From NCBI GenBank assembly GCA_963666835.2, contig CAXXGO010000006.1:1984001-2048000 (forward strand): 64,000 nucleotides of DNA, written 5' to 3'. A program made the translations under genes and the position numbers. Shown here piece after piece: positions 30,201-39,632 of the stretch (position 1 is its first letter; each line of letters opens with the position of its first letter). This DNA is from Phycisphaerae bacterium. Lineage in GTDB: Bacteria > Planctomycetota > Phycisphaerae > UBA1845. The notes under the pieces are model-generated. The model ran no database searches and was not told the origin of the DNA. It saw nothing but the letters and a program-made list of their open reading frames with translations.

Positions 30201-31937
30201 GACGACGACGATGGGAGCATCTACGTCAGCGACCGTAGTCCCGGTGTAGAAATACGGATCGCGGATGACTTCCGTCCGGCCGGTACCCAAATCGGGGAAA
30301 TCTGTTGGACGGGGGCGTTCTACGGCAGCAATGAGGACGGAACGCAGTTCGAGTGCGCCGACAATCCGCCGCCGGATAGCTGGCAGGTGCGGTTCTTCGA
30401 GGATTCCAATGGAGTCCCCGGAACCGAGCTGGCTCCGGTGGGCGGCCAGATCGTGACGATCATTGCGTCTTCGGCCGATGGCGGTACCAGCCGGTTGTGG
30501 CGGTACATGGGCGGATTGCCCCAGGCCGTATTCGTAACGCCGGGAGACTGCTACTGGATCGAAATCACCGGTCTGGGTGAAGGCGAGTACGGTTGCCATA
30601 CCTATTGGGCGACGGCTCTCGAAGGCAATGATCACAGTATGCGGGATATGGCAGATCCGGGTGTCTATGGTCCGGAGGACGCTAATAACGTCGACTTCCA
30701 TTTCTGCGTCGACACCGGCCTGCAGGGCACGGAAGACTGCGGTGACGTCCGAGCGGCATGTTGCACATGCCCGGGCATCTGCGTGGATGATCAGACTGCT
30801 GCCCAATGTACGGCGCAGGATGGTGTCTGGCGATTGGGTATGACGTGCTTGGACACGCCGGCCTGTCCCGGACCGCCCGTCAACGACGACTGTGCCGACG
30901 CGATCGAGGTGGAGCATGCCGCGATCGACTCCCCGCCGTTTATCGTTGACTTCGAGAATGTCTGCGCGGAACGGCACGGCGGTCCGGCTACCGAGTGTGC
31001 CAATTATGACGGTGACCTCAAGCACGATGTCTGGTACGTCTACACCGCACCGGGCACCGGTGAACTCAAGGTCTCGGCATGTGATCTGTTGGTGTGGGAT
31101 ACCATGATGGCGGCTTACCCGGGCGGTGTTGATGCCTGTGTGCCGACCATCGATGACGAGTTGACCTGCGGTGACGAGGATTGTGACGACTTCGGTCCGT
31201 CCGAGATCACGCTGAGAGTTCTCGCCGGGCAGGAGTACCTCATTCGGATCGGTGGATGGCGAACGCCGATGTACCAGATCAACCCGCGCGGTTGGGGGCA
31301 GTTGGAATTCACGTATACCGACAACCCGCCGTCAGTTGAGCCGCCGATTGCGGCGCCTTCCCCCGAGGGTGGCCCGAAGAACCGGTACATCTCGATCAGG
31401 TCGGCGAATGTCGGTACGCCAGTTGCGTTGCAGGTGATCGTAGCGTCCAGCCAGTACTTCCCGGATTCGGTCGGCGAGACCAAGTATGTCGGTGCCCAGA
31501 CGGCTAGCGGTTACTATCCGCTGATTGACATTCCGCTGGTACAGGTCTGGCCGGAAGAGGATCTGCACATCTTCGATTGCATGATCCACCCGGTCGCTAC
31601 CTTCGAGGTGCGGGCCGGTGACGGAGCCGGTACCTGGTCCGATCCGCTGACTATCGGCACGATTACCAAGCCTGGTGGGAAGAATCACGGCGACATCGTC
31701 GGGTCCTTCACTGGTACGTGGCAGCCGCCGGAAGGCAACATGAGTATGAACGACCTGATGGCCGCGCTGCAGGCGTTCGGTAATGCCGCGACGGCTCCGC
31801 CGAAGCACTGGGCGGACGTACATGATGACGGCCCGAACCAGTTGGTGAATATGTCGGACGTTCTGTTGTTGGTGAACGCGTTCGGTGGTTCTGCGTATCC
31901 GTACAATCCGGGTACCGCGGCCGTACCGTGTAGCTGA
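27204..31937 (+). CDS. Giant secreted Cys-rich protein (CVGG and GACC repeats, NDDC domain, C-terminal dockerin/EF-hand-like domain)
   Basis: AGGAGG RBS + ATG 27204; signal peptide; CVGG.N.G..C....DCPGG.C repeats; GACC/G.CC repeats; PVNDDCADA; KNRYISI..GDIVG..D..A..AF..D..VN.SD..AF.G..YP. Confidence 0.9.
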   Translation: MKGRVGRGWWALGGVLVVGLMVFGLNLQGAPAEDGAFVDVGIADQVGDVDEATSVSRQSAARLLAPQKTGGLRFARLKSAEPVAAFGGIGGIADVGDPCDCDADCAVEGLQDQCLKAECVDGACEHNWLDVGDRCDVDGNYCTSDACAHSGVSLCVGGTNAGGVCTGAADCPGGYCGDEVVCMARADGAGGNLSPCAKECVGGTENGLWCYEAGDCPGGACMPKTGVTCDESEDWCELSSGLGRCCDSSGGCTHTTEVNCTGGTWLRVSDPDDLGHCWCPAYSSGIAPRGDILTVVETIIPSWKVCEHNENLCEGDGTADCHGYCNVSEELCDTNDDCPAGETCLADACIDDVEACDDGFLYLGDDYSLAAGTGPIRLNEFRFRGGIQNRGEAIVVSFYTMEGLFVDSFGMLIPESGAHYWTYEVDCYPDCDNNTDNADFPEDPPVIIPESGYVVFSSWRHEANWTNAHWASTDTVDFGTNDPDLLWYETKVDGKHTDDYPGTTPDVMIFELVGQPLGTNDEPNGACCTVDTGVGVCDDTPRWECGFCEKDPAVACSTSRDCSADDFCSFRNWFGPVAHEDYTGHTGILCDGNAPCDTGACCADDGTCTPDSNPGACDSAGGTFLGFATSCDPNCCPPPDTETGADAACDIYQCHDGTDWVDPYDMCGSSDPDDPDCDTAAGETCMLRASGPTAYTINIPALGSPSNAITFMGDSSGHEPYFGLVDGDDCNLGELHDVGWYEAIEIVNPDPMNPLIFDCAVVTVDYCCNDPMLDLVYIVLKDCCPCPGGGCWVTLDLDQAGVTRGGFGPGCGAEHCCQDGNFAGTFTVPPGRYAVQIDASNVCEFTSNSCVDDDDCRPGQPCIDKRGPYTGHVTVGPCSPAACCVNRCVGGANDGAVCEGDTDCPDGACNNVCEVVPGIICEENGGDWLGYGDPVTPTCAASPCSQGSCCTGGGVCEDGAAYDTEAECEAAGGVYHGHLVCDDGPCATCSFESSTNCKEDDDDGSIYVSDRSPGVEIRIADDFRPAGTQIGEICWTGAFYGSNEDGTQFECADNPPPDSWQVRFFEDSNGVPGTELAPVGGQIVTIIASSADGGTSRLWRYMGGLPQAVFVTPGDCYWIEITGLGEGEYGCHTYWATALEGNDHSMRDMADPGVYGPEDANNVDFHFCVDTGLQGTEDCGDVRAACCTCPGICVDDQTAAQCTAQDGVWRLGMTCLDTPACPGPPVNDDCADAIEVEHAAIDSPPFIVDFENVCAERHGGPATECANYDGDLKHDVWYVYTAPGTGELKVSACDLLVWDTMMAAYPGGVDACVPTIDDELTCGDEDCDDFGPSEITLRVLAGQEYLIRIGGWRTPMYQINPRGWGQLEFTYTDNPPSVEPPIAAPSPEGGPKNRYISIRSANVGTPVALQVIVASSQYFPDSVGETKYVGAQTASGYYPLIDIPLVQVWPEEDLHIFDCMIHPVATFEVRAGDGAGTWSDPLTIGTITKPGGKNHGDIVGSFTGTWQPPEGNMSMNDLMAALQAFGNAATAPPKHWADVHDDGPNQLVNMSDVLLLVNAFGGSAYPYNPGTAAVPCS

Positions 31938-31962
31938 TTAGGTTGATTGACTGAGACCCGCC

Positions 31963-31997
31963 GGGGGGGGGTGGGCTGCAATGGCCCATCCCTCCCC
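31963..31997 (+). terminator. GC-rich hairpin after the giant gene
   Basis: GGGGGGGGGTGGGC-TGCAATG-GCCCATCCCTCCCC; no U-tract. Confidence 0.4.
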
Positions 31998-32705
31998 GAA
32001 CTCCATATTAGCGAGGGGGGATCCGGGTGTGGCGCGAGCTTCGTCCGGATCCTCGTCTTGCCTTACCGGGAACTGTTTCGGAAAGGAATGCTGCGGCTGT
32101 CCAGACGGTTGCGACGTCCTTGTCCGACGGAGTGTGCGACCTCACCCGCGGCCTCAAGCTCAGCCGGCTCGAGGCGTTGGTTGAGGTCGCCTTCTTCATG
32201 CGCCGGCACGCGGTGATCGCGCTGATATGCCGCGAAACGCTGATCGGATCGGGTGGTGGACGCCGACGTGAGGAGCCTTCGGGTGCCGTCGAGTGTAATC
32301 CGGGCACCTCGCAGGGCTCTCAATTGCCCACCCACGCAGCCGAGTGATACACCGTGTCCACGTCATCCTACCCCGGAGGGAAAGACGATTGGATCGATTC
32401 CCGTAGGTAGTTTCCGCTCCGATGGGGCACGGGAATGATGTGTCACGTCCTGAACGGCAGAGAGTTTTGACCGGGACGGCCTGCCGGCGGGGTTGTCCGG
32501 CGATGCGACTTCCCGGCCGGCCGGCGTCCACGGGGGATCAGCGCCGGAGCGCTGTTTGTACGGTACTCTTCAGTTCTTGCACAACAGATGTTAGCATAGA
32601 GAGGAACCGATAATCCGGTCAAGGAAGATCGGAGCGGTCAAGTGGTAACAGCGGTTTGAGGCGTCGGCGTTGAAGGTCTTCGTCGAACGCCAAGGGAGTA
32701 CAGAC

Positions 32706-33083
32706 ATGGCTACGGAACCCGTTTGCATTCGTCGGACGAACACGATCGAAGAAGCGGACATTATTATCGCCTGGCTTGAAGAGCAGGGGGTGGAGGCGAC
32801 GGTGCCGGATCGCGACAGCACCGGGGTCTTGGCCTTCGGAGTTACCGATGCCGAGGGGATCGAGATTTTCGTGGCAAACCAGGAGACGGCGGACCGCGCC
32901 GCCGCGCTGCTTGAGCGGCACGATCAGGAGCGGGCGGCCGCGAGTTCTGTTGCGGACGGGACGCTCGAAGTAAAATGCGAGGCGTGCGGAGAGATCAACC
33001 GGTTCCCGGCGGGATCTCGGGAATCGGTTCAAGAATGTAACAAGTGCGGCGCATACCTCGATGCGGAGCCGGGCGACCAATAG
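32706..33083 (+). CDS. DUF2007-like signal-transducing protein with C-terminal zinc ribbon
   Basis: EEADII.AWLE.QGV.A..I.V....A..A..LL; CEACG..CNKCG. Confidence 0.8.
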   Translation: MATEPVCIRRTNTIEEADIIIAWLEEQGVEATVPDRDSTGVLAFGVTDAEGIEIFVANQETADRAAALLERHDQERAAASSVADGTLEVKCEACGEINRFPAGSRESVQECNKCGAYLDAEPGDQ

Positions 33084-33143
33084 CCGTTCGGACCTTAATC
33101 GTAGGTAGAAGCGCTTGGCGCGGTGCCGGCGCTTCGTGTTCCG

Positions 33144-35534
33144 CTAAGGCTCCTCGGTCGAGTCGTCCTGGTCCCGCTTTTCGCGGCGTTCTTGAATGTC
33201 CGGATCCTCGATCCGGAACCCGTACTCGTACAGGCTTATCATGAACGTCTCCCAGGCCTTCTCGGCCTCTTCCTTCTCCTCGCTAAGACTGTCACGCTCG
33301 CGCTGGGCGAGGTTCTTGTTGCTCTTGCCGCCGCTGCGTCGCCCGCGACGCCCGTCGCGTTCGTCGATCCCCAGCGCTTCGTTCAGCCTACTGACTTCTT
33401 GCGCGCAAAGGTCCCGCCCGTACTTCCAGAGCCGGATGAGCTCGTCATCCGCTTCTGCGCCGACAAAAATGGCAGAGGCCAACATCGCCGTTTCTTTCTT
33501 TCTGATGGTGGAAAGCCCCTTACGATAGACGGCCCGGGTGTGCTCCGTCGAGTTCCTGGCGTCCTTGAGCAGGTCGCGGACCTCTCTGATGTTGTCCTCG
33601 CCCATCGCCGTGCCCGCGGCGACGAACGTGGCTCGATCGCTCAGGGGTTTGCCCTCGAAAGTGAAGTCGTTGTAGTGCTTCAGGACCGCGGCGCAGGCCT
33701 CTGCATAGGCGGCGATGTTCTCATCGCTTGCCTTGGCACACTTGCGGAATGCCTTTGAGGCCGGCTTGGCTTCGCCGGCCCGGAGCTTGGCAACGGCATC
33801 GAGCAAGTAGATTTGGTCCTTATCGGCGTCCGCAAGCTCTCGGAGCCTGGCCGGGTCCATCAGGCGGTCCAGATCGTCTCGCACTCCGCTTGGATCGTTG
33901 GATACGAGGACCCTGGCGATTCTCAGAATGTCGGGCGAGGCGCCCGCGAGGACCGCCGGCAAGTTAAGCCCAGCTACCCCGCTGCGGTTCAGCATCACTT
34001 CCTCGAACGTAGCTCTCTCAACCTCGCTGAGGTCAAACCGGATCGGGGTGTTCGTCGCGGCAATCACCGCATTGATCGGGCTTTCTTCGAACGTGCCGGT
34101 AAGACGCCGGTCATCCTGCAGCCGGATCACCTGTTTGCCGCTGGATTCGGCGTCGAACCGGAGAATCTTCTCAACGGGGATTTCGATCACGCCGGCCCGG
34201 CTGCGGAACTTGGCGGAGCCTTGGATGTTGTTGAGCACTAGGTGTGACGTATCCGTATCGAAGACAATGGCCTCGCCGGTTGCCGGAGCCATCCTCTCCT
34301 GCGGCATTCGGAATCCGACCACGCCAATGTCGGCGAATGCCTGCTCGCCGACCTGTCCGCCTTCGGGCTCGAACTGGAAGCTCATGTCGCCGGTCGCCGC
34401 GGCTATCTGATTTCCGCCTTCGATAAACAGTGTAGAGCGATCCTGGTCAGTCATAACGTATGCGACCGCCGCTGCGGGAATCTCGAGCTTGCCGAGCACG
34501 GAATCCCACACGATCGGATCCGTGGTGATGCGGCCGAAGATCTGATCACCGTCGTCGTAATACAGCAAGTCGTACTCCGGCTTTCGCTCATACACCGGTA
34601 CGAAGATCCGCCCCTCGTCGTTTACGAGCGCCGCAGCGAATGGTGTCAGATCACTGCCACCGCTGATCTTACCAAGAATGAGGGCGTTTCTAACCATCTC
34701 CGACGTGAGCTTGGCCGGCACGAGTGCGCTGTAGTTCGCCCCTCCGGTATCCTCGCGCCCCTCGGGTTTCGTCATCAAGGTAACGGTACCCACCAGACTG
34801 CCGTCCTGATCGACCATCGGACCGCCGCTGTTGCCTGGGCGGGCGATTACGTCGGTGTAGACCATCCGGATTCGACCGCCCGGAGTCCGTGGGAGATCCA
34901 AGACGTTGCCGGTGGTGACCGACACTTCCGGGTGCTTCTCGTCTTTGGAACTGGACTTCTGATTGTCTCCACCGGGAAAACCCAGCGCCCAGACCTTCAT
35001 CCGTTTGGACAGACGCGATTCCGGGAGGAGCTTAAGGAAATGGGGCCATCTGAGCTTCTCGTCGTCCTCGTCGTAGACCTGCAGTAGCGCCTGGTCCGCG
35101 GTCTCGTTTTGGTAAAGGACCTTGGCGTTCCAGGTCTTCTCGTTTTCCGTGCCGGAATCGGTAATAACGGTCCACGCGAGTTTGCCCTGCGTATAGTGGA
35201 AGTTCTGCTTCTCCGCCGGGCTCTTCATGTGAGTCGGATCAACCACATGGTTGTTGGTGATCGCCAGCCCCGACTGATTGATGAAGAAGCCGGAACCAGA
35301 CCCCATCGGGGTGTCGCCCTGTTCGCGTTTGGAGACTGCAGTGAACACCATTACTGCCGCGTGTTTGACGTGTTCCTCCGTCTCCGGCTTCATCTGCTGA
35401 GCGCGCACCGGTAGGGACGACAGCAGGACGCCGGCGGCTGCAAAACAGATGACCGGCGTGGTATAGCGCGAGCCTCGGTACGAAGCCGGCCAACCGCTAT
35501 CAGAATCACGAAGGTGCTTAGTGAATATGTTCAT
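33144..35534 (-). CDS. Trypsin-like serine protease (S1) with C-terminal beta-repeats and helical region
   Basis: GSGSGFFI..TNNHVV, DQALL, ALGFP, PGNSGGP (complete triad); start codon uncertain. Confidence 0.9.
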   Translation of the reverse strand: MNIFTKHLRDSDSGWPASYRGSRYTTPVICFAAAGVLLSSLPVRAQQMKPETEEHVKHAAVMVFTAVSKREQGDTPMGSGSGFFINQSGLAITNNHVVDPTHMKSPAEKQNFHYTQGKLAWTVITDSGTENEKTWNAKVLYQNETADQALLQVYDEDDEKLRWPHFLKLLPESRLSKRMKVWALGFPGGDNQKSSSKDEKHPEVSVTTGNVLDLPRTPGGRIRMVYTDVIARPGNSGGPMVDQDGSLVGTVTLMTKPEGREDTGGANYSALVPAKLTSEMVRNALILGKISGGSDLTPFAAALVNDEGRIFVPVYERKPEYDLLYYDDGDQIFGRITTDPIVWDSVLGKLEIPAAAVAYVMTDQDRSTLFIEGGNQIAAATGDMSFQFEPEGGQVGEQAFADIGVVGFRMPQERMAPATGEAIVFDTDTSHLVLNNIQGSAKFRSRAGVIEIPVEKILRFDAESSGKQVIRLQDDRRLTGTFEESPINAVIAATNTPIRFDLSEVERATFEEVMLNRSGVAGLNLPAVLAGASPDILRIARVLVSNDPSGVRDDLDRLMDPARLRELADADKDQIYLLDAVAKLRAGEAKPASKAFRKCAKASDENIAAYAEACAAVLKHYNDFTFEGKPLSDRATFVAAGTAMGEDNIREVRDLLKDARNSTEHTRAVYRKGLSTIRKKETAMLASAIFVGAEADDELIRLWKYGRDLCAQEVSRLNEALGIDERDGRRGRRSGGKSNKNLAQRERDSLSEEKEEAEKAWETFMISLYEYGFRIEDPDIQERREKRDQDDSTEEP

Positions 35535-35786
35535 CGTTCTACTTCCTGGGGCCAATAGGCATGTCTCGGTGCCAGAAGATTCGTATTGCACCGCTCAAAC
35601 TGAGTGTTTCACTTTTCCCTTAGGTTATGGTAGCGTTCCCCGTCCGTAGTCGTCAAGAGTGATCCTACCGGGCCGCTCCCGGACTGAATCCGGGTGGCCG
35701 ACCGACAATCGGGCGGGCGCGGGCCGCGTAAGCACCGCTTGGCCTCGGTTTGCCTCGGTGATGCAACGCTTTGGAGTGCTGGAGTC

Positions 35787-36554
35787 ATGTCTCACGGAAG
35801 ATTATCGAACAAAAGCCCCGCCGAGGAAACCTGGCGGGTGTTCAGAATAATGTCAGAGTTTGTCGAAGGTTTCGAGGTGATGTCCCGGGTGCCCGCGGCG
35901 GTTTCAGTATTCGGCTCAGCCAGAACCGCGGTGGACAATCCGTACTATGCTTTGGCAGAACGGCTTGGTCGGGAATTGGTAGGGCACGGGTTCGGAGTAA
36001 TAACCGGCGGCGGACCCGGGATCATGGAGGCCGCCTTGAAGGGGGCGGCCGAGGCCGGCGGGGAGAGCATCGGGCTCAACATTTACCTGCCGGAAGAGCA
36101 GGTCGCCAACCAGTACCAGACCGTTTCGCTTGATTTCAGGTACTTCTTCTGCCGCAAGGTCATGTTCGTGAAGTATGCCGTGGCGTTTGTGTGCTTCCCC
36201 GGCGGATTCGGCACGATGGACGAGTTTTTCGAGTCAATGACTCTCATCCAGACCGAGAAGATCGAGCCGTTTCCAGTCATTCTGATCGGAAGCGAGTTCT
36301 GGTCGCCGCTGATAGAGTGGATGAGGAAGTACCAGTTGGGAGAACACGCATGCATTTCGGAAAGTGATCTGAGCTTATTCAGAATCACGGACGACGTGAC
36401 GGCGGCCGCCCAGCTTGTCGCAGACTTCCACCGTGATAAGGTCGAGCAAGACGTCGAGATCCAACCCCCTTCGATTATCACCGCGGAGGGCACCTTCACC
36501 GGTCAACGACCGCAACGTCGCGGGTCGGGCAGGTGCTTCGAAGATCTGAAGTGA
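35787..36554 (+). CDS. LOG-family Rossmann-fold protein (TIGR00730-like)
   Basis: VSVFGSAR, TGGGPGIMEA, RYFFCRKVMFVK, FPGGFGTMDE. Confidence 0.92.
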   Translation: MSHGRLSNKSPAEETWRVFRIMSEFVEGFEVMSRVPAAVSVFGSARTAVDNPYYALAERLGRELVGHGFGVITGGGPGIMEAALKGAAEAGGESIGLNIYLPEEQVANQYQTVSLDFRYFFCRKVMFVKYAVAFVCFPGGFGTMDEFFESMTLIQTEKIEPFPVILIGSEFWSPLIEWMRKYQLGEHACISESDLSLFRITDDVTAAAQLVADFHRDKVEQDVEIQPPSIITAEGTFTGQRPQRRGSGRCFEDLK

Positions 36555-36639
36555 CCACGCGGAGAGCCTCTCCCGGCCGGACGTTGATTCTGGGGCAATT
36601 GCCCGTTATAATCAATTGGAGGTTTAACAGGCGGCGGGG

Positions 36640-37329
36640 TTGTCCGCTGCTCTCGACGGGGGAGGTGTCGTCTTCGCAGCGTATGCCCAAGGCAGCTCGG
36701 AATCGTGGCTGGACAGCAGCGTGCTCATGTTGAATGCGCATTACGTTGCCTTGCGCATAGTGAGCGTGCGGCGGGCGTTCACGCTGCTGTTCAAACGCGG
36801 CGCCGATGCCTCACCGGTAGCCGAAGTCGTTGCGGTGGAGGCCGGTCGCTACGTCTCCTACGATTTCGAGCAGTGGGTTGAGTTCAGCGTGCTTCACGAA
36901 GAGTGCGGTGGAAACGGGGTGGATTGGGTTCAGGCGGTTCGGCATCGCTTGGCTGTACCTCGTGTCATTCGTGTTCTGACGTTTTCCAAGTTTCCGGGGC
37001 AGGAGATCAAGTTCAATCGCCGGAGCGTCTTCGCGCGAGACGGTTATGTTTGCCAGTATTGCGGCAAGCGTTTTCCTGTCGCCGAGCTTAGCCTCGACCA
37101 TGTGATCCCGCGTTCTCGTGGGGGAAGCACTACGTGGGAGAATATCGTCTCCGCTTGCCTGGCCTGCAACGTCCGAAAAGGTGGCAGGACTCCGGCGGAA
37201 GCCCGGCTCCGCCTCGGTAAGCCTCCGGTCAAGCCCCGGAGGAACCCGGCCGTCGCCGTTAAGCTGAACGACCGCCGATATGCCTCGTGGAAGCACTTTG
37301 TCAGCTCGACACACGCCGACACGGGGTGA
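36640..37329 (+). CDS. HNH endonuclease (McrA/HNH_5 type)
   Basis: VL.LNA.Y..RRA, RD...CQYCG..LSLDHVIPRSRGG..WEN.V.AC..CN..KG.RTP. Confidence 0.92.
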   Translation: MSAALDGGGVVFAAYAQGSSESWLDSSVLMLNAHYVALRIVSVRRAFTLLFKRGADASPVAEVVAVEAGRYVSYDFEQWVEFSVLHEECGGNGVDWVQAVRHRLAVPRVIRVLTFSKFPGQEIKFNRRSVFARDGYVCQYCGKRFPVAELSLDHVIPRSRGGSTTWENIVSACLACNVRKGGRTPAEARLRLGKPPVKPRRNPAVAVKLNDRRYASWKHFVSSTHADTG

Positions 37330-37770
37330 TCCCAACTGGTGCATGCGTTTCCGGGTGCACTTCACCGCCATTGAGGCCGGCCTGCCTTTGCCGCATTAGC
37401 TACACAGGTGGAATCGTCCGGTGATTCACGCCTTGAGATAAGGTGACCGGCTCCGACTATACTCATGCTCATCTCGCCCTAAGACGCGCTCGGCGAAGTG
37501 TCTGCGCTTCTCTTCAACTTGCATACCCCGCCACGGCGGAGAAGTTCGCTTATTATCGCCCCCAGGACCAGCGTTTTTGACGTGAAGGCCACGCCGGCGC
37601 ACTCCGATGACTACCGTTAGCAGACGGCTCTGGTGCGGCCCTCAACGCTTGGCGAGCCACGAGAGATCTGTGCCGGGGCAGCGTTCACCTGGGGAATCCG
37701 CTCGCACCGGCGCGTGCGATGTCGGACTCTGCAGGCGCGCGTCCGTCCGGTTGGAGTAGGGAGAGCGGGG

Positions 37771-39453
37771 TTGACCGAATCGATATCGCTTGACGCCGAG
37801 ATGATCGATGTTTGCGTTGTTGAAGATGATGCCGATCAGCGCCGCCTCTTTGCGCATATTCTGGAAACCGCCGGGTTCTCCGTGGTCGGCGTACCGGACG
37901 TTCAAGCGGCGGTCGGATTGTCCGCCACCAACTGCCCGAAGGTTCTGCTTTGCGATTACGAACTCCCGGACGGCAACGGGGTCGAGTTGTGCAACGCGGT
38001 CCGCCAGAACCCCAAGCTGGCCGCTCGATACTTCATCCTGATGAGCGCCAGTTCCGGCTGCGATCTGCCGGTTGAGGTGTTGAACGCCGGCGCCGACGAC
38101 TACCTGGCCAAGCCGGTCTCTTACCAGGATCTGATCACGCGGGTCCGGGTCGGATTGCGGATGTGGGCTCTGCACGATCAACTAGTCCGCGCCGCCGTCA
38201 CGGATGGTCTTACCGGATTGTACAATCACGATCATTTCAATCGTATTCTCGATGCCGAGGTCGCGCGGTCGCATCGGTTCGGTCACCCGCTGGCTTTGAT
38301 AATGATCGACATGGATTTCTTCAAAGCGATCAACGATACGTACGGGCACCTTGCGGGCAATCGCACGCTCGAGGATGTAGCGGACATTCTCCGTGCGAGC
38401 ATTCGAGGGATTGACTCCGTTTTCCGTTTCGGCGGTGAGGAGTTCACGATTGTCCTGCCGGAGTCTCGCGCGGTCGACGCCATGCAAGTTGCGGAGCGCA
38501 TCCGTACTGCGCTAACCGACACATTGCGGGTGGAAGCGATTCACGGGCACAAAGTGACGGCCTCGTTCGGAATCGCCGATACGGACGATCCGCGCATCAA
38601 GTCTGCGGCGGATTTGGTGGATCTGGCGGACCGAGCGCTGTATCTGGCGAAGGTCCGAGGTCGAGATCAAGTGGCCTGCAGCTACGATTTGGACGAAGGC
38701 GCGGAATACGTGGCCACGATCCAGACCGATGAGATCGAGTGGTTACGCCGCCGGCTGACCTCGCTGAGTGTACGGGCCAAGGACGTGTACATGCAGAGCG
38801 TGCGGGCGTTGCTCCAGGCCCTGGATGAAAAGGACCCCTTCTCCGCCAAGCACTCGGTGAATGTTGCCTTCTATGCCGAGCAAATCGCGGAGCAGATGGG
38901 CTGCGGCCGAGCCACCGTCAAAAGTGTGTACAACGCCGCGCTGCTGCACGACATCGGGAAGGTCGGCGTACCCGATCGGATTCTCATGAAACGCTCGTCG
39001 CTCAGTCCGCTTGAGCGAATGGTGGTGGAGCAGGTCCCGATCATTGGAACGAGAATTGTCGATCACCTTCGTATTCTCGAATCGGAAATCCAGATCATCC
39101 GGCACCAGCGGGAGTACTTCGACGGTGGAGGGTTACCGGCCGGGCTTCGTGGAAACCAGATTCCCATCGGGGCGCGGATTCTGCTCGTGGCCGACGCCTT
39201 CGACGCGATGACTACCGATCGGGTGTATCGCACGCGCCGCCCCATCGACGAAGTGGTGGCGGAGATTCACCAGTTGGCGGGCTCGCAATTCGACCCGCGG
39301 GCGGTGACGGCTCTACGGCAAGTCCTCGAACGTGATCTTCCTCGATGGCAGGCCCGCATCGATGAGACCCTCGAGACGATGCGTTCTCCCACCGGCGCGC
39401 GTCCGACGATTGTGTCAGATCCCTCCCTTCCCAGCGAGGGCTTGTCCCGCTGA
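37771..39453 (+). CDS. Response regulator: REC + GGDEF diguanylate cyclase + degenerate HD-GYP
   Basis: VEDD..LLCD..P..DDYLAKP; DGLTGLYN, RxxD, GGEEF; HDIGK but HQRE..GGGLP. Confidence 0.92.
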   Translation: MTESISLDAEMIDVCVVEDDADQRRLFAHILETAGFSVVGVPDVQAAVGLSATNCPKVLLCDYELPDGNGVELCNAVRQNPKLAARYFILMSASSGCDLPVEVLNAGADDYLAKPVSYQDLITRVRVGLRMWALHDQLVRAAVTDGLTGLYNHDHFNRILDAEVARSHRFGHPLALIMIDMDFFKAINDTYGHLAGNRTLEDVADILRASIRGIDSVFRFGGEEFTIVLPESRAVDAMQVAERIRTALTDTLRVEAIHGHKVTASFGIADTDDPRIKSAADLVDLADRALYLAKVRGRDQVACSYDLDEGAEYVATIQTDEIEWLRRRLTSLSVRAKDVYMQSVRALLQALDEKDPFSAKHSVNVAFYAEQIAEQMGCGRATVKSVYNAALLHDIGKVGVPDRILMKRSSLSPLERMVVEQVPIIGTRIVDHLRILESEIQIIRHQREYFDGGGLPAGLRGNQIPIGARILLVADAFDAMTTDRVYRTRRPIDEVVAEIHQLAGSQFDPRAVTALRQVLERDLPRWQARIDETLETMRSPTGARPTIVSDPSLPSEGLSR

Positions 39454-39632
39454 GTCAGTCTCCATCTCATCCCGGTCTTTTTGCAGCATGGCAAGCTGGG
39501 CGAAGATGGCTCTGTTACTGCTGGACTACGGTGGTTATGATGTTATAGGATGAATTCAGTCGTCGGCGGAGCAAGCCTCGGATACTGCGGGGCCGAGCGG
39601 CGATTCGAATTCGTAGCCGTCCAGGGTGGATC

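Noticed and set aside
20275..31025. Long antisense ORFs (20275..22296 +, 26931..28610 -, 28659..31025 -)
   Set aside because: Shadow frames of strongly codon-biased, GC-rich genes on the opposite strand.
32027..32347. Short ORF with a protein-like core (LTRGLKLSRLEALVEVAFFMRRH)
   Set aside because: No clear RBS or recognisable family; possibly a gene remnant, but I cannot support a call.
35787..37329. LOG + HNH as an anti-phage nucleotide-signalling pair
   Set aside because: Both are the widespread stand-alone types, with no effector fusion or defence-island context.
37330..37630. tRNA or other RNA gene in the HNH-cyclase intergenic region
   Set aside because: Only short hairpins; no cloverleaf, T-loop GTTCRA context or recognisable riboswitch core.
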